Below, piece by piece: positions 30,962 to 41,514 of a stretch of 64,000 nucleotides of DNA; within the stretch, counting starts at the first letter, position 1, and every line of letters starts with the position of its first letter. The position numbers were made by a program, and so were the translations under genes. The notes below the pieces were generated by a model. That model was not told the DNA's origin and made no database searches. It worked only from the letters and a program-made list of their open reading frames with translations. Origin of the DNA: Promethearchaeia archaeon (GTDB lineage: Archaea; Asgardarchaeota; Lokiarchaeia; Sigyniarchaeales; SOKP01); the NCBI GenBank assembly GCA_029856045.1, contig JAHQWG010000028.1:64001-128000 (forward strand), given 5' to 3'.

Positions 30962-31963
30962 ATGCGTTTCATTTCAGGTATAAAAGAATTATTTAGAAAT
31001 CCATTATATGCGATAATCATAACAACCTTTCTCTTAGCTTGGTTTTTAAGTTTGATCGGATATACCATATTTCCTGAAGTGAATGATTTTAAAAATTTTG
31101 TGTATTTTTTTATCCAGATTTTCATTGGATTTATTTTAGTTTTACTTGTGTTTTCTCTTAAAAAACCAATTAATGAAATGAGTGTAAAATTAATAATAAT
31201 TGCATTTTTAATTGGATTACCTGTTTTATTATTTTTTAGTATATTTGTGTGGCTTTTTTATGGTATTTGTTTTTTTGCTAATACATTTTTTACTTCTTTC
31301 TTTGCCTTTTTAGTGTGTCGTGATACTTCTACTCAACTGGATGATTACTTATATAAAAAAAAGAAATCTAAAATAATCACCCGAACGTTAGAATTTCTAT
31401 TATTCGGTCTTCTTGATTTATGGATTATTAATATTGCCACTGATTTTTTAAGTAATGAGATTGGGGGAATTAAAACCATTTTAAATATTATTTCTATTTT
31501 TTATATAGTGTTAGTTGGATTAGTGATTTTGCGTTTATTATTTAAAAGGAAATTCGCAGCATATATTACTCTATTTTTAATACTTGCCTATTTCTATCTT
31601 TTTTATAATATTCTCAGTTTCATAATTGAAGAAATTTTAATAAATGCTTTATATTTTGTTTGGTTTTCTTTTATTATTGATTTATTACTATTTTTTTATA
31701 TCCTTGGTTCAATTTTCAGCAGAGTTGACTATCTAAAAGAGAAAATAAAAGTATTTTCAGCTGACACGATTTCTTTATTTGTTATAATCATGAAGTTAAT
31801 AGTTCAAATTTCCTACATTTATCCAGACTTACCAGGAGTTAATATTGCCGAGAACGTAGACCTAGAGGGAGCGGTATTATTAATCTTCCTAGCTTGTACG
31901 CTCTTTCTTGGGACACATACAATTTTTACCCATAAGCATGAAGAAGCGATAATACAAGATTAA
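30962..31963 (+). CDS. Hypothetical polytopic membrane protein (tandem paralogue 2)
   Basis: Start set to ATG 30962 (MRFISGIKELF) by alignment to paralogue 1 (MGFISGLKELF). Confidence 0.75.
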   Translation: MRFISGIKELFRNPLYAIIITTFLLAWFLSLIGYTIFPEVNDFKNFVYFFIQIFIGFILVLLVFSLKKPINEMSVKLIIIAFLIGLPVLLFFSIFVWLFYGICFFANTFFTSFFAFLVCRDTSTQLDDYLYKKKKSKIITRTLEFLLFGLLDLWIINIATDFLSNEIGGIKTILNIISIFYIVLVGLVILRLLFKRKFAAYITLFLILAYFYLFYNILSFIIEEILINALYFVWFSFIIDLLLFFYILGSIFSRVDYLKEKIKVFSADTISLFVIIMKLIVQISYIYPDLPGVNIAENVDLEGAVLLIFLACTLFLGTHTIFTHKHEEAIIQD

Positions 31964-32034
31964 TCAAATTTTATTAATTCACTATTTATTTACATATTTA
32001 ATATTTAAATTCTCGGTAGATCACAAAGCTTTGT

Positions 32035-32538
32035 ATGGATGATAGAATTGATGATCTTTACAATAAACTTGGACAATTATTTGTAGAAGTGGAAAAAATA
32101 ACCGATAATGTTGGATTAATAAAAAATAATCTTGATACGATTTCTAAGACTAAGGGCTCATTTGGTTTAAAGGCGATTGCAAAATCAAGCCTTCTAAAAG
32201 ATTTTGAACCTATTGAAGGAATTGGAACTAGCACTAAAAGATATAAATTATTTTTCAGGTTTATTAAGGATGAATGGAAATCAACTGTAAATGATTTTCT
32301 GATTGGTATAAAACAACAAGATCGATCCTCTAATTACGACTTAAAAGCATTGGGTATAAGGATCCATATTAATGATACACGAAAATTACGACAATTAGCT
32401 AAACAAGTTATTTCGCTCCTCCATATTTCATGCGAGATTAATAGTATTGATAGTACCACTATTTTACGTGAGATTATCCAAGAAATAAACGCAAAAAGTG
32501 ATACTATGGTTAGAAATATAAAGGAAAAAATTCATTAG
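32035..32538 (+). CDS. Hypothetical protein
   Basis: 167-aa ORF with an N-terminal coiled-coil-like stretch, co-oriented with neighbours. Confidence 0.6.
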   Translation: MDDRIDDLYNKLGQLFVEVEKITDNVGLIKNNLDTISKTKGSFGLKAIAKSSLLKDFEPIEGIGTSTKRYKLFFRFIKDEWKSTVNDFLIGIKQQDRSSNYDLKALGIRIHINDTRKLRQLAKQVISLLHISCEINSIDSTTILREIIQEINAKSDTMVRNIKEKIH

Positions 32539-32555
32539 CACAAGTAAAAATCATT

Positions 32556-33479
32556 ATGAAAGAAAATACGATACTACAAAATTTTTATAAAACCTTAGAA
32601 ATAAATGGTTATAGAGGGCAAATTATTTCTGCAAAATATATTCCAGACTTGCGGAACGACATTCGAAAGCATTATGAACAAAATCTTATTTATCCAGAGT
32701 TATATAAAGAATATAAAGCATATTTTGAGTTTGAACCAGATGTGGATTTCGCTCAGATAAATTCTCTTTTCATAATCGCGGTTCCCGTGCCTCAATTTAA
32801 GGTTATTTTCCATTGGAATAAAAAAAAGATTTCTTTACTTATACCCCCTACATATTTACATAATCTTGAGATAATAAACAAAGTGAAGGAACTCCTAACC
32901 GAGATATTCAAGCCGGATGGGTATAATTTCGCATATGCCAACCTTCCTGAAAAAACCTTAGCAGTACGTAGCGGATTAGCCGAATATGGGAGAAATAATA
33001 TCACTTATGTGCCGGGAATGGGTAGTTTTCATTACTTAACAGCATTTTATTCGGACTTTCTTGTCGAACAAAATAATTGGCAAGAATTACGAATCATGGA
33101 TATGTGTAAGGAGTGTTCTGCCTGTGTTCGAAAGTGTCCCACCGGAGCAATCCCAACGGATCGCTTTCTATTACGTGTTGAGAAGTGTCTTACATATCAT
33201 AATGAACTACCAGGAGATATCTCCTTTCCAGATTGGATTGATCCTACATGGCATAATTGTTTAGTTGGTTGCCTTCATTGTCAGAAAGTGTGTCCTGCAA
33301 ATAAGAAAGTTATAAATTGGATCGAACCTGGACCAACATTCAGTGAAGAGGAGACAAAATTGATCTTAAGTCGAAAAAATGTAGATCAACTGTCCGAAGA
33401 GACGAGAAAGAAAATAGAAGAGCATGATTTGCTTGATTATTTTGAGCTTATTCCACGAAATTTAAGTGTTTTATTATAA
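32556..33479 (+). CDS. Epoxyqueuosine reductase QueG-like 4Fe-4S protein
   Basis: EKTLAVRSGLAEYGRNN...GS, CKECSACVRKCPTGAI, CLTY, GCLHCQKVCPAN. Confidence 0.8.
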   Translation: MKENTILQNFYKTLEINGYRGQIISAKYIPDLRNDIRKHYEQNLIYPELYKEYKAYFEFEPDVDFAQINSLFIIAVPVPQFKVIFHWNKKKISLLIPPTYLHNLEIINKVKELLTEIFKPDGYNFAYANLPEKTLAVRSGLAEYGRNNITYVPGMGSFHYLTAFYSDFLVEQNNWQELRIMDMCKECSACVRKCPTGAIPTDRFLLRVEKCLTYHNELPGDISFPDWIDPTWHNCLVGCLHCQKVCPANKKVINWIEPGPTFSEEETKLILSRKNVDQLSEETRKKIEEHDLLDYFELIPRNLSVLL

Positions 33480-33705
33480 GAGAATTCCTATAAAAAGATT
33501 AATACAACGTTTGCTATACTTAATTGACGATATGTTTGATAATTTGAAAGAAGAATTGATTAAGGTCTTGAGATATAGTTCTAACAACTTGTTGAATCAC
33601 TTTTGTATTTTTATCATAAAGAGAGATTTTTTAAATATATTAAGTTAATTTTAAGTGATAAACCTTAAAAAATGAAATTTTTGAAATATTATAGAGTTGA
33701 AAAAA

Positions 33706-34494
33706 ATGAGTTATGAAGATATAATTTATGAAAAAAAGGAGGGGGTTGCTCGCATAACTATCAATCGACCTCAGCGCTATAACGCATGTACACAGCACAC
33801 TGTTCATGAATTGATCGACGCTTTCAATAGGTGTATGGATAATGAAATTGGCGTTGTGGTATTCACCGGTGCAGGGGAGAAGGCGTTTTGTACCGGTGGG
33901 GATCAAACGACCCGCGAGAAGGGCGGATACAAGGGGGAGTATATGTTACCGTTGGAGGTGGGCTGGCAACGCGTGACGCTTCTGATCCGCACTCTACCCA
34001 AACCGGTCATCGCTCGAGTGAACGGGTACGCGATCGGAGGAGGTCATGTATGGCATGTTAATTGTGATCTCAGCATTGCAGCAAAACATGCGCAGCTTGG
34101 GCAAGCAGGTCCTCGCGTAGGTTCTTTTGATCCAGGGTATGGAACTGGTGACTTAATGCGTGCCGTGGGCATGAAACGTGCCAAAGAAATTTGGTTTCTA
34201 TGTCGTCGATATACAGCACAACAAGCATTGGAAATGGGACTTGTGAATGCTGTTGTACCGTATGAAAAATTGGACGAGGAAGTGGATAAATGGTGTCAAG
34301 AACTGTTAGAAAAGAGCCCAACAGCGCTGAGAATGCTCAAATATGCTTTCTTGGCCGAAACTGATGGAGTAACAGGTATCACACAGTTAGGAGTTGGGGG
34401 ACTAGGTCTTTACTATGGCACCGAGGAGGCTGTGGAAGGAAAGAATGCATTTTTAGAAAAACGCAAACCTGATTTTAATAAATTCAGAAAATAG
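33706..34494 (+). CDS. Crotonase-family MenB/BadI-like enzyme (DHNA-CoA synthase or ring-cleaving CoA hydrolase)
   Basis: INRP, AFCTGGDQ, GYAIGGGHV, GPRVGSFDPGYG, AKEIWFLCR, EGKNAFLEKRKPDF. ATG at 33706; the ORF track starts at TTG 33697. Confidence 0.85.
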   Translation: MSYEDIIYEKKEGVARITINRPQRYNACTQHTVHELIDAFNRCMDNEIGVVVFTGAGEKAFCTGGDQTTREKGGYKGEYMLPLEVGWQRVTLLIRTLPKPVIARVNGYAIGGGHVWHVNCDLSIAAKHAQLGQAGPRVGSFDPGYGTGDLMRAVGMKRAKEIWFLCRRYTAQQALEMGLVNAVVPYEKLDEEVDKWCQELLEKSPTALRMLKYAFLAETDGVTGITQLGVGGLGLYYGTEEAVEGKNAFLEKRKPDFNKFRK

Positions 34495-34502
34495 TGAGGG
34501 TT

Positions 34503-35354
34503 ATGGATATTAAAAAAATTTGTATAATTGGAGCAGGTATTATGGGTCATGGGATTGCGCAATTAGTTGCAACTCATGGATATGATGTAAACCTTGTAGA
34601 TGTAAATGATGAAGTTTTAAATAAAGCAAAAGCCTCTATTGAAAAGAGTCTCAACAGATTTTTTGTAGCAAAAAATAAGATTACTGCTGAAGAAGCTGAA
34701 AAAATTCTAGATAGGATTAGTCTAAATGTTAATAGGGATGATGCAGTTAAAGACGTACAAATGGGAATTGAGGCTGTGTTTGAAGATATTACTTTAAAGC
34801 AGCAATTATTCTCTGAGCTGGATGCTATATGCGATAAAGATGTAATTCTTGCGTCTAATACATCTTCATTGAGTATTACAGATATTGCTATAAAATCTAA
34901 AAATCCAGATAGGATCGTAGGGATTCATTTCTTCAACCCGGCTCCAGTTATGAGATTAATAGAATTAATAAAAGGGAAGAATACATCTGATGAAGTCTTA
35001 AAAACGTCAAAAAAGTTCTCTGAGAGCTTAAATAAAACTGTAGTGACCGTAAATGATGCTCCTGGCTTCGTAACAACTCGGCTCATTTATGTATTATGTA
35101 ATGAAGCTGCAAACATGAAAATGGAAGGAATCGCCAGCACAGAAGATATTGATATTGCTTGTAAATTGGCGTTCAATTTTCCCATGGGTCCTTTAGAACT
35201 AAGTGATCTCGTAGGGAATGATATTTATTTGCATATAGGAGAATATTTAGAAAAGGAATTCGGAGATAAATATAAACCGTGCCCTATTCTAAAAGAAATG
35301 GTTGATAAAAATTTATTGGGAAGAAAATCTAAAAAAGGCTTTTATGAATATTAA
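34503..35354 (+). CDS. 3-hydroxyacyl-CoA dehydrogenase
   Basis: IIGAGIMGHGIAQ, EAVFE, ASNTSSL, GIHFFNP, PGFV, PMGPLEL. Confidence 0.92.
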   Translation: MDIKKICIIGAGIMGHGIAQLVATHGYDVNLVDVNDEVLNKAKASIEKSLNRFFVAKNKITAEEAEKILDRISLNVNRDDAVKDVQMGIEAVFEDITLKQQLFSELDAICDKDVILASNTSSLSITDIAIKSKNPDRIVGIHFFNPAPVMRLIELIKGKNTSDEVLKTSKKFSESLNKTVVTVNDAPGFVTTRLIYVLCNEAANMKMEGIASTEDIDIACKLAFNFPMGPLELSDLVGNDIYLHIGEYLEKEFGDKYKPCPILKEMVDKNLLGRKSKKGFYEY

Positions 35355-35396
35355 CTTTTAGCTTAAATCATTACCTTAATTTTTTTCTTTTATTTT

Positions 35397-36539
35397 TTAT
35401 TTTAACTCTTCCCGTGCAATGATTAAGTTCTGTATCTCGGAAGTTCCACCTCCGATCATAAAGAATTTAGCATCTCTCATATATCTTTCAACAGAATAAT
35501 CGTCTGTATATCCATCTCCACCGTGAATCTGAACTGCTTCTGATGTGATTTCTACAGCAGTTTTACTTGAGAAAACTTTTGCCATTGAAGCTTCCTTAGT
35601 TATATTCATGTTCATTTCATTTAATTTTGCAGCATTATAAGTTAATAGTCGTGCAGCCTGTAACTTTGTAGCCATTTCTGCAATTTTTAATTTAATAAGT
35701 TGAAATGATGAGATTGGTTTATTAAATTGAATTCGATTTTTTGCATAATATTTGGAATCCTCTAAAGCCGCCAGAGATATACCATTACTCTCGGAACTCA
35801 AGGTCAACCTTTCTATATTAAAAGTAGCCATCAAACTTTGAAATCCACTTCCCTCTTCGCCGATAAGATTTTCTTCTGAAACTTCTATATTTTTAAACTG
35901 AAGAATCCCATTATATATTCCATTTATTCCCATTAAACCATAAGGATTTTCAATTGTTAAGCCGGGAGTATCTTTTTCCACTAAGAATACACTCATTCCA
36001 TTTCGGGGATCAACATTATTATTTGTAATGCACCAAATAAAATAATAATCTGCTATTCCCACATTAACAATAAATCTTTTAGAACCATTTAGGAGATAAA
36101 TGTCTCCCCTTTTTTCTGCTACAGTTTTTATTCCCGCCACATTAGAACCTGCATCTTTTTCTGTAACACAAATACTGCATAATTTTTCTCCGGTAGCAAT
36201 TTTTTTCAGGTAATTTTCTTTTTGAACTTCATTTCCAAATTTATTAAGAAGGAATCCATCTAAAATACAAGGCGTTCGAGTAACACTGATTGAGGTATTA
36301 ATTCTCGAAATTTCTTCAGTTATCATACAATGAGCAATCATTCCAAACTCCGAACCATTGTATCTTTTTGGAATTAAAGGTCCAATTAATCCCTTTTTTC
36401 CAATTTCTTTAATCAAAGAAGGAGGAATTTTTCTATTCTGATTAATTTCATTCTTTATCGGTTCTAATTCTGTTAATAAAAACTTTCTTACATCTTCCCG
36501 TAATGCGTAGTGTTTCTCTGAAAAAAATAATTCGTTCAT
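35397..36539 (-). CDS. Acyl-CoA dehydrogenase
   Basis: TEKDAGSN, LNGSKRFI, RIQFNKPI, EASMAK, VQIHGGDGY, GGTSEIQ. Confidence 0.92.
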   Translation of the reverse strand: MNELFFSEKHYALREDVRKFLLTELEPIKNEINQNRKIPPSLIKEIGKKGLIGPLIPKRYNGSEFGMIAHCMITEEISRINTSISVTRTPCILDGFLLNKFGNEVQKENYLKKIATGEKLCSICVTEKDAGSNVAGIKTVAEKRGDIYLLNGSKRFIVNVGIADYYFIWCITNNNVDPRNGMSVFLVEKDTPGLTIENPYGLMGINGIYNGILQFKNIEVSEENLIGEEGSGFQSLMATFNIERLTLSSESNGISLAALEDSKYYAKNRIQFNKPISSFQLIKLKIAEMATKLQAARLLTYNAAKLNEMNMNITKEASMAKVFSSKTAVEITSEAVQIHGGDGYTDDYSVERYMRDAKFFMIGGGTSEIQNLIIAREELK

Positions 36540-36691
36540 CTAATCATCACTAATTTGTTTTTCATACTATTTTATATTATGAGTTAATTTTAAATATTAA
36601 ATTTTTAATTAATTAAAAAATACATCTCCTAAAACAATTATGCAAATTATACCTAAAATCATAAAAGTAATGCCATTATAAAACATTTAAA

Positions 36692-37087
36692 ATGAAAGGA
36701 ACCTACATTTTAGAAATCAGCTTTCAAAATGATATCGAATTATCAATTGGAAGTTTAGGTTTAATTCATTTTAAAAAAGGTTTCTATTACTATATCGGAT
36801 CAGCAATGGGTTCTCAAGGTTCCTCTGCTTTACTTAATCGTGTTAAGCGTCATCTAAAGAATTCTAATGAAAAGAAAAGATTTTGGCATATAGATTATCT
36901 CCTTGAAAGTAAGAATGCTCTTTTAACCAAAATTATTCTTATCCCCTGTCAAATCAAATTAGAATGTGAGTTTGCAAGAAGTTTTTTACAATTGACAGAT
37001 AATTTTATTCCAAACTTTGGAAGTAGCGATTGTAATTGTAAAACTCATTTATTACATTTTACAAAATCCAATAATTTGTTCAAATAA
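36692..37087 (+). CDS. DUF123 GIY-YIG-like endonuclease
   Basis: KGTYIL, YYYIGSA, RVKRH, WHIDYLL, FGSSDCNCKTHL. Confidence 0.85.
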   Translation: MKGTYILEISFQNDIELSIGSLGLIHFKKGFYYYIGSAMGSQGSSALLNRVKRHLKNSNEKKRFWHIDYLLESKNALLTKIILIPCQIKLECEFARSFLQLTDNFIPNFGSSDCNCKTHLLHFTKSNNLFK

Positions 37088-37171
37088 TCAATTGAAAGAA
37101 AGAAAAAATCAAAATTAATATTCAATTTTTCATTTATATTTAAAAAAGAAAAATAAAGTTGATTTTTACAA

Positions 37172-37660
37172 TTGCAGATGGTTACTCACTTTTTGGTCGG
37201 AATTATCATACAGAAATATCTTTTTGGAATAATTCCGTTTCCCTTTGATATTATATTAATATTAATATTGGCATTTTTATCGCATATTCTCGTTGATTGC
37301 CTTTCAAGATTGACATTTCATACACCCGAACCACAAAAAGGTGATAAAATCTGGCTATCCTGGCATATTATTATTTATGTGGCGAGCTTTCTGGTTTTCA
37401 TAATTTTTTTTAATCCGTATTGGCTGGCTATGATTGCATCAATCTTATTCGATATTTGGGACTGGTATACTCTAAGGGCAATACAACGTCATATTAAAAA
37501 AGATCCAAACTGGGGAAAAAAATATTTTTTACATCCAATAGTCGATAAAATAAGAAGTAAATTCTTTATGTGGCTCCCAGATCTTACCTACAACCATAAA
37601 GGTATAATAGTTGAGATAGTTATCATAATTTCATTATTGTGTATTATCTTATTTCTCTGA
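37172..37660 (+). CDS. Membrane protein, possible metal-dependent hydrolase
   Basis: TM helices carrying THF, SHILVD, FD and LH motifs. Confidence 0.55.
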   Translation: MQMVTHFLVGIIIQKYLFGIIPFPFDIILILILAFLSHILVDCLSRLTFHTPEPQKGDKIWLSWHIIIYVASFLVFIIFFNPYWLAMIASILFDIWDWYTLRAIQRHIKKDPNWGKKYFLHPIVDKIRSKFFMWLPDLTYNHKGIIVEIVIIISLLCIILFL

Positions 37661-37761
37661 AATAATTTCGTTTTTAAATACAAATAATAAGATCTGTTTA
37701 TTCTAATTATTTATAGTTAAATTCTATAATAACATTAATTTCACAAAAAGGTAAAGAAAAA

Positions 37762-39231
37762 ATGGAAAATATAACCCAAAAAGAATTGAGAAAAATACAG
37801 AAGCTGGAAAAACGCCAAGGAATGTTGACAGCATATGTAAGTAAAGTAGGAAAATTGCTACTTTATATTCTTCCACTGGTACTTGTGGTAATTACAATAC
37901 TAACACTCTTTCAAATCTCAATGTATGCTATCTTCTATGTAGTTTTGTTAATTTACGGAATAAATTCATTGATCTTATTCTATGGCGCAAGTTTAACAAA
38001 GAAATCATTTCAATCCAGATTAAAGTTTGAAAGAAGACGTGGTCGACCCATCGATTCTCTTGATGGATTTGATTTGCTCTCTTCTAAAGTCCAGCGGGTG
38101 ATAAATTTACTCAAAATTATTGCTCTTGTGTGTATTGTGTCTTTAACATTATTTATCATTATGTTGGCATATAATACAGTCGAATTAGGTTATGCAGCGA
38201 TTGGTTTTACTTTGGTGGGGTTGGGTTTAGCTTTAATAATCAGAAGTTTGAATTTAAAGGTTTCAGAGGTAAATGGCCTCCAAGATTTTTACAAACCAAC
38301 AACACATCAAATCTTTTTAGATAACTTTTTCGCAGAAATCTTTTCAAATCATTTGGACCCTGTAACATTTCTTAAATGGGATGATTATATGTTAGGGCTC
38401 CAAAAGATTTTGAATCCCAATTTCGTCCAAAAAATTAAAGAGCAAGAGCCAGATGAGATGCCAATAACGTTTGCGATAGAAAAAATGCTCTTTCTATTTT
38501 ATTTGAAATATCAAAATGTATTATCTGATGAATTAATAGCTCAAGAACTGAAAGAAGTAATCAACATTGACGATAAAGTCTTTAATATTGAAAAGGGGTT
38601 GTTAATGGAAAATAATTGGTATTTCTCCAAAAATGATATCTATAAAATATTTAAATTCATCAAGAGATATAATCCTGGTTTTTTCAATATAATAGACCGA
38701 CTACAGTTAGAATTAGCAGATAATATCGAGCGACTTTCCAAGGATCCAATATACATGGACTCCTCATCCCAAGAAATTGTCTATGTAAATGATGAACTTA
38801 ACATTATGATTTATCTATTTAACAATACATCAACAGGAAAAAAATATTCAGTGAGGGTAATCGCCCCAGGCTTTGATCCGAAGGAACTCGTTTTAGATAT
38901 TGAAGTTGAAGGACGAGGGACCTTTAAGATCCCTGAAAAACCAATTCCATTAACAGCAATGGGCGAAACGGATATTTGTGGAGTATTATCTGTGATGTTA
39001 GAAAACGGCGATACCACCTGGATAACATTGGAACCGAGAGAAGTTGGTGAGCAGACTATTCAGATATTTTTAGAATCTGTAGATGGAACAATTATTGAAG
39101 GAAAGACAAGGTCTGTGAAAGTTGTTAAAAATTTTAAGGATAATCTTAAGAAAATAACCTCGATCGGATCTTTGCTTGGTGGGTTGGCTGTTCCCCTTTC
39201 AAAAGTGATTCTACCAGGTATAATGCCTTAA
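37762..39231 (+). CDS. Hypothetical membrane protein (four N-terminal TMs, large soluble domain, Ig-like C-terminus)
   Basis: 489-aa ORF; hydropathy pattern. Confidence 0.7.
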   Translation: MENITQKELRKIQKLEKRQGMLTAYVSKVGKLLLYILPLVLVVITILTLFQISMYAIFYVVLLIYGINSLILFYGASLTKKSFQSRLKFERRRGRPIDSLDGFDLLSSKVQRVINLLKIIALVCIVSLTLFIIMLAYNTVELGYAAIGFTLVGLGLALIIRSLNLKVSEVNGLQDFYKPTTHQIFLDNFFAEIFSNHLDPVTFLKWDDYMLGLQKILNPNFVQKIKEQEPDEMPITFAIEKMLFLFYLKYQNVLSDELIAQELKEVINIDDKVFNIEKGLLMENNWYFSKNDIYKIFKFIKRYNPGFFNIIDRLQLELADNIERLSKDPIYMDSSSQEIVYVNDELNIMIYLFNNTSTGKKYSVRVIAPGFDPKELVLDIEVEGRGTFKIPEKPIPLTAMGETDICGVLSVMLENGDTTWITLEPREVGEQTIQIFLESVDGTIIEGKTRSVKVVKNFKDNLKKITSIGSLLGGLAVPLSKVILPGIMP

Positions 39232-39376
39232 TAATAATTTTTTTTTTTATTTTCTTTTTTAAAGAATGCTTATATTAGGTTATTTATTCATATTAGCCAA
39301 GAATTTAAAGATATAATTAATTTAAATCCTCTAATTTTAATTTTTCTGGCAATTATTTAATATTATGGAAATAACT

Positions 39377-39955
39377 TCAATTTTCTTGAACTTCTATTTT
39401 CCTTTTTTTGAAACCATGTTCGATTAAATTTTCAATTATCGGTTTCATCGTTGGACAAACTTCCCAATTACCCTTATATTCACACCGCTCACACTCTTTA
39501 GTAATGTGATTAGCTCTAACGTAAGCTATTACTCCAGTATAGAAATTTACTAGAAATAGCGATAATATTTTTAATATAAGAAATATCGGAAGATATATTA
39601 CGGCAACAATATAGAATCCCGTTCCAATTCCTATTGACACTTTTGAAAGAATTTTAAGAATTTTAAATTTTGTCAGATGGAAGATATTCAATAAAATTGC
39701 CAAAAAAAAAAGAAACGAAAGAAAATATAAAATAAAAAGATTTTGTAAACTCAAATCTATGAAGAGAATTGAAAAGATAATTGTAAGAATAATTGTAGGG
39801 TAATATGTAAAGCATCCTATACAAAACCTATATTTTCCAATATGATACACATGATCAGAGAAATGTTCACAATTGGGATGGTGAGATAAAACTATAGGTT
39901 TTATATCAGAAAAAAATAAAGAGACTCGTTTGAATTTTATCTTTAAACTTGTCAT
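39377..39955 (-). CDS. Cys/His-containing membrane protein (DUF2085-like)
   Basis: SHHPNC...H...FCIGC, four TMs, C-terminal CERC...CP. Confidence 0.6.
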   Translation of the reverse strand: MTSLKIKFKRVSLFFSDIKPIVLSHHPNCEHFSDHVYHIGKYRFCIGCFTYYPTIILTIIFSILFIDLSLQNLFILYFLSFLFFLAILLNIFHLTKFKILKILSKVSIGIGTGFYIVAVIYLPIFLILKILSLFLVNFYTGVIAYVRANHITKECERCEYKGNWEVCPTMKPIIENLIEHGFKKRKIEVQEN

Positions 39956-40037
39956 GCTTTTACTTATTCTTGATTTAATATAAAAGGAAAAAAAAAGATA
40001 ATTAAAAAATTAAATTTTATCTTAACAGAATCTCTTA

Positions 40038-40253
40038 CTACTTACGTACAATCAGGTAGATGATACATCCTATACAACCAGTGATAAGTACAATGATGAG
40101 CCAAAGGGCTCCTCCCATTTCTCTTTTCTCGGCATCTCTGTAGACCCATACACATAACGCTATTGATACTATGCACCAGATAACAAAAAGTACGATGAAG
40201 ATGGTCATAAAACCAGCAAGCGCAGCAAGAGGATCATAGTCAATTAATAACAT
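40038..40253 (-). CDS. Small two-TM protein (PLDc_N-like)
   Basis: WVYRDAEKREM...WLIIVL...IIYLIVRK; paralogue of the next gene. Confidence 0.75.
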   Translation of the reverse strand: MLLIDYDPLAALAGFMTIFIVLFVIWCIVSIALCVWVYRDAEKREMGGALWLIIVLITGCIGCIIYLIVRK

Positions 40254-40537
40254 TTTTTATCACATTGAATTTTTTATTTTTTTGTTTTCAAAATATTTTA
40301 ATTATTGAATTAGTATTCAACGTATAATAATTATGCAACCTAGTTATTTAAAGTTTCATTATTAAATGCACATTAATCATAATATTATTTGTAAGATTGT
40401 GCTGCTTAAATAAATCTCTGAAATCTTTGAGGTTTTAAAGAAGTTAGCGACAAAAATGATTCTTTTAAAAATCTAAAAAAAATAGAAAGAAATAGTAAAA
40501 AATTTTTAATTTTCTTATTTTAAGCAATATTGGCGCC

Positions 40538-40963
40538 TTATACTTTACTTCCACAATGGGGGCAGAATGTAGCTTGCGCTGGAATGGAAGCTCCGCAAGT
40601 AGGACAGAATTTTTTGTCCTTTTCTATTGGTTTTCCAGTTTCAGGTGGTGCGGGTGCTCTCTCCTCATACGGAGTTGTTGCTTGAGTAGTTGTTGGAGCG
40701 GTATAACTGGGAGGAGCTTTTTGTTCTCCTCCAATTGGTTTTCTTACAATTAAATAAATAATACATCCTAAACAACCTACGAGAAGCACAATAATTAGCC
40801 AAACCGTGTTATCCATACCCCGTTTTTCTGCATCTTTATAAACCCATACACCTAAAATAATTGGAATAATACAACCCAAAATAATAAGGGGTATCAATAA
40901 TACCATCATCATACCCATAATTGCTTCATAGGGGTCATAACCATATAACATTTTTTCACTCAC
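40538..40963 (-). CDS. PLDc_N-like membrane protein with Pro/Thr linker and zinc ribbon
   Basis: WVYKDAEKRGM...IIYLIVRK, PPSY/PT-rich linker, CPTCG...CPHCG. Confidence 0.8.
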   Translation of the reverse strand: MSEKMLYGYDPYEAIMGMMMVLLIPLIILGCIIPIILGVWVYKDAEKRGMDNTVWLIIVLLVGCLGCIIYLIVRKPIGGEQKAPPSYTAPTTTQATTPYEERAPAPPETGKPIEKDKKFCPTCGASIPAQATFCPHCGSKV

Positions 40964-41137
40964 TTTTACTTTATTTTTATGTTTATTTTTTTTTTTTTGA
41001 ATTTCAATTAAATTTATTGTAATAAGATTATTTAAAAATTTATAAAGGTTTTGAATGATTGTTTGATTAATAAATATTTGGTTTAATTATGCTAATAATT
41101 AATAAAATTTTTAATTAATTTAAATTTTTGATATAAA

Positions 41138-41503
41138 ATGAAAGATCTGTTAGGAATAAAAAATTTGAAAAGTGATTTATCTGCAATGAAAAATGAGATG
41201 ACTAAAATCAGTTCAGAAATTTCTAAGATGAGCGAAAACATAATATATCTTAGTGATAAAACATCGCAGAGTATGGACAGAGTATCCTCAGAACTTCATG
41301 AAATGAATTTAACAATAAGGGAAGCAATGAAAATAACTTCTGATACAATTAAAGAGATGAGTGAAAACTTTTCAAAAGCATTAAAAGATGCGCTGAGAGA
41401 TATGTCTGAAATGAAAGTCAAGGTTGAGGTTAGAGATTCGATTTTGAAAACTCTTGGAATTGATAAACTTCTTCCGGAGTTTTTAAAAAAATCTAAAAAA
41501 TAA
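41138..41503 (+). CDS. Coiled-coil hypothetical protein
   Basis: Heptad pattern rich in M/I/L, 121 aa. Confidence 0.6.
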   Translation: MKDLLGIKNLKSDLSAMKNEMTKISSEISKMSENIIYLSDKTSQSMDRVSSELHEMNLTIREAMKITSDTIKEMSENFSKALKDALRDMSEMKVKVEVRDSILKTLGIDKLLPEFLKKSKK

Positions 41504-41514
41504 AAATATAGAAA

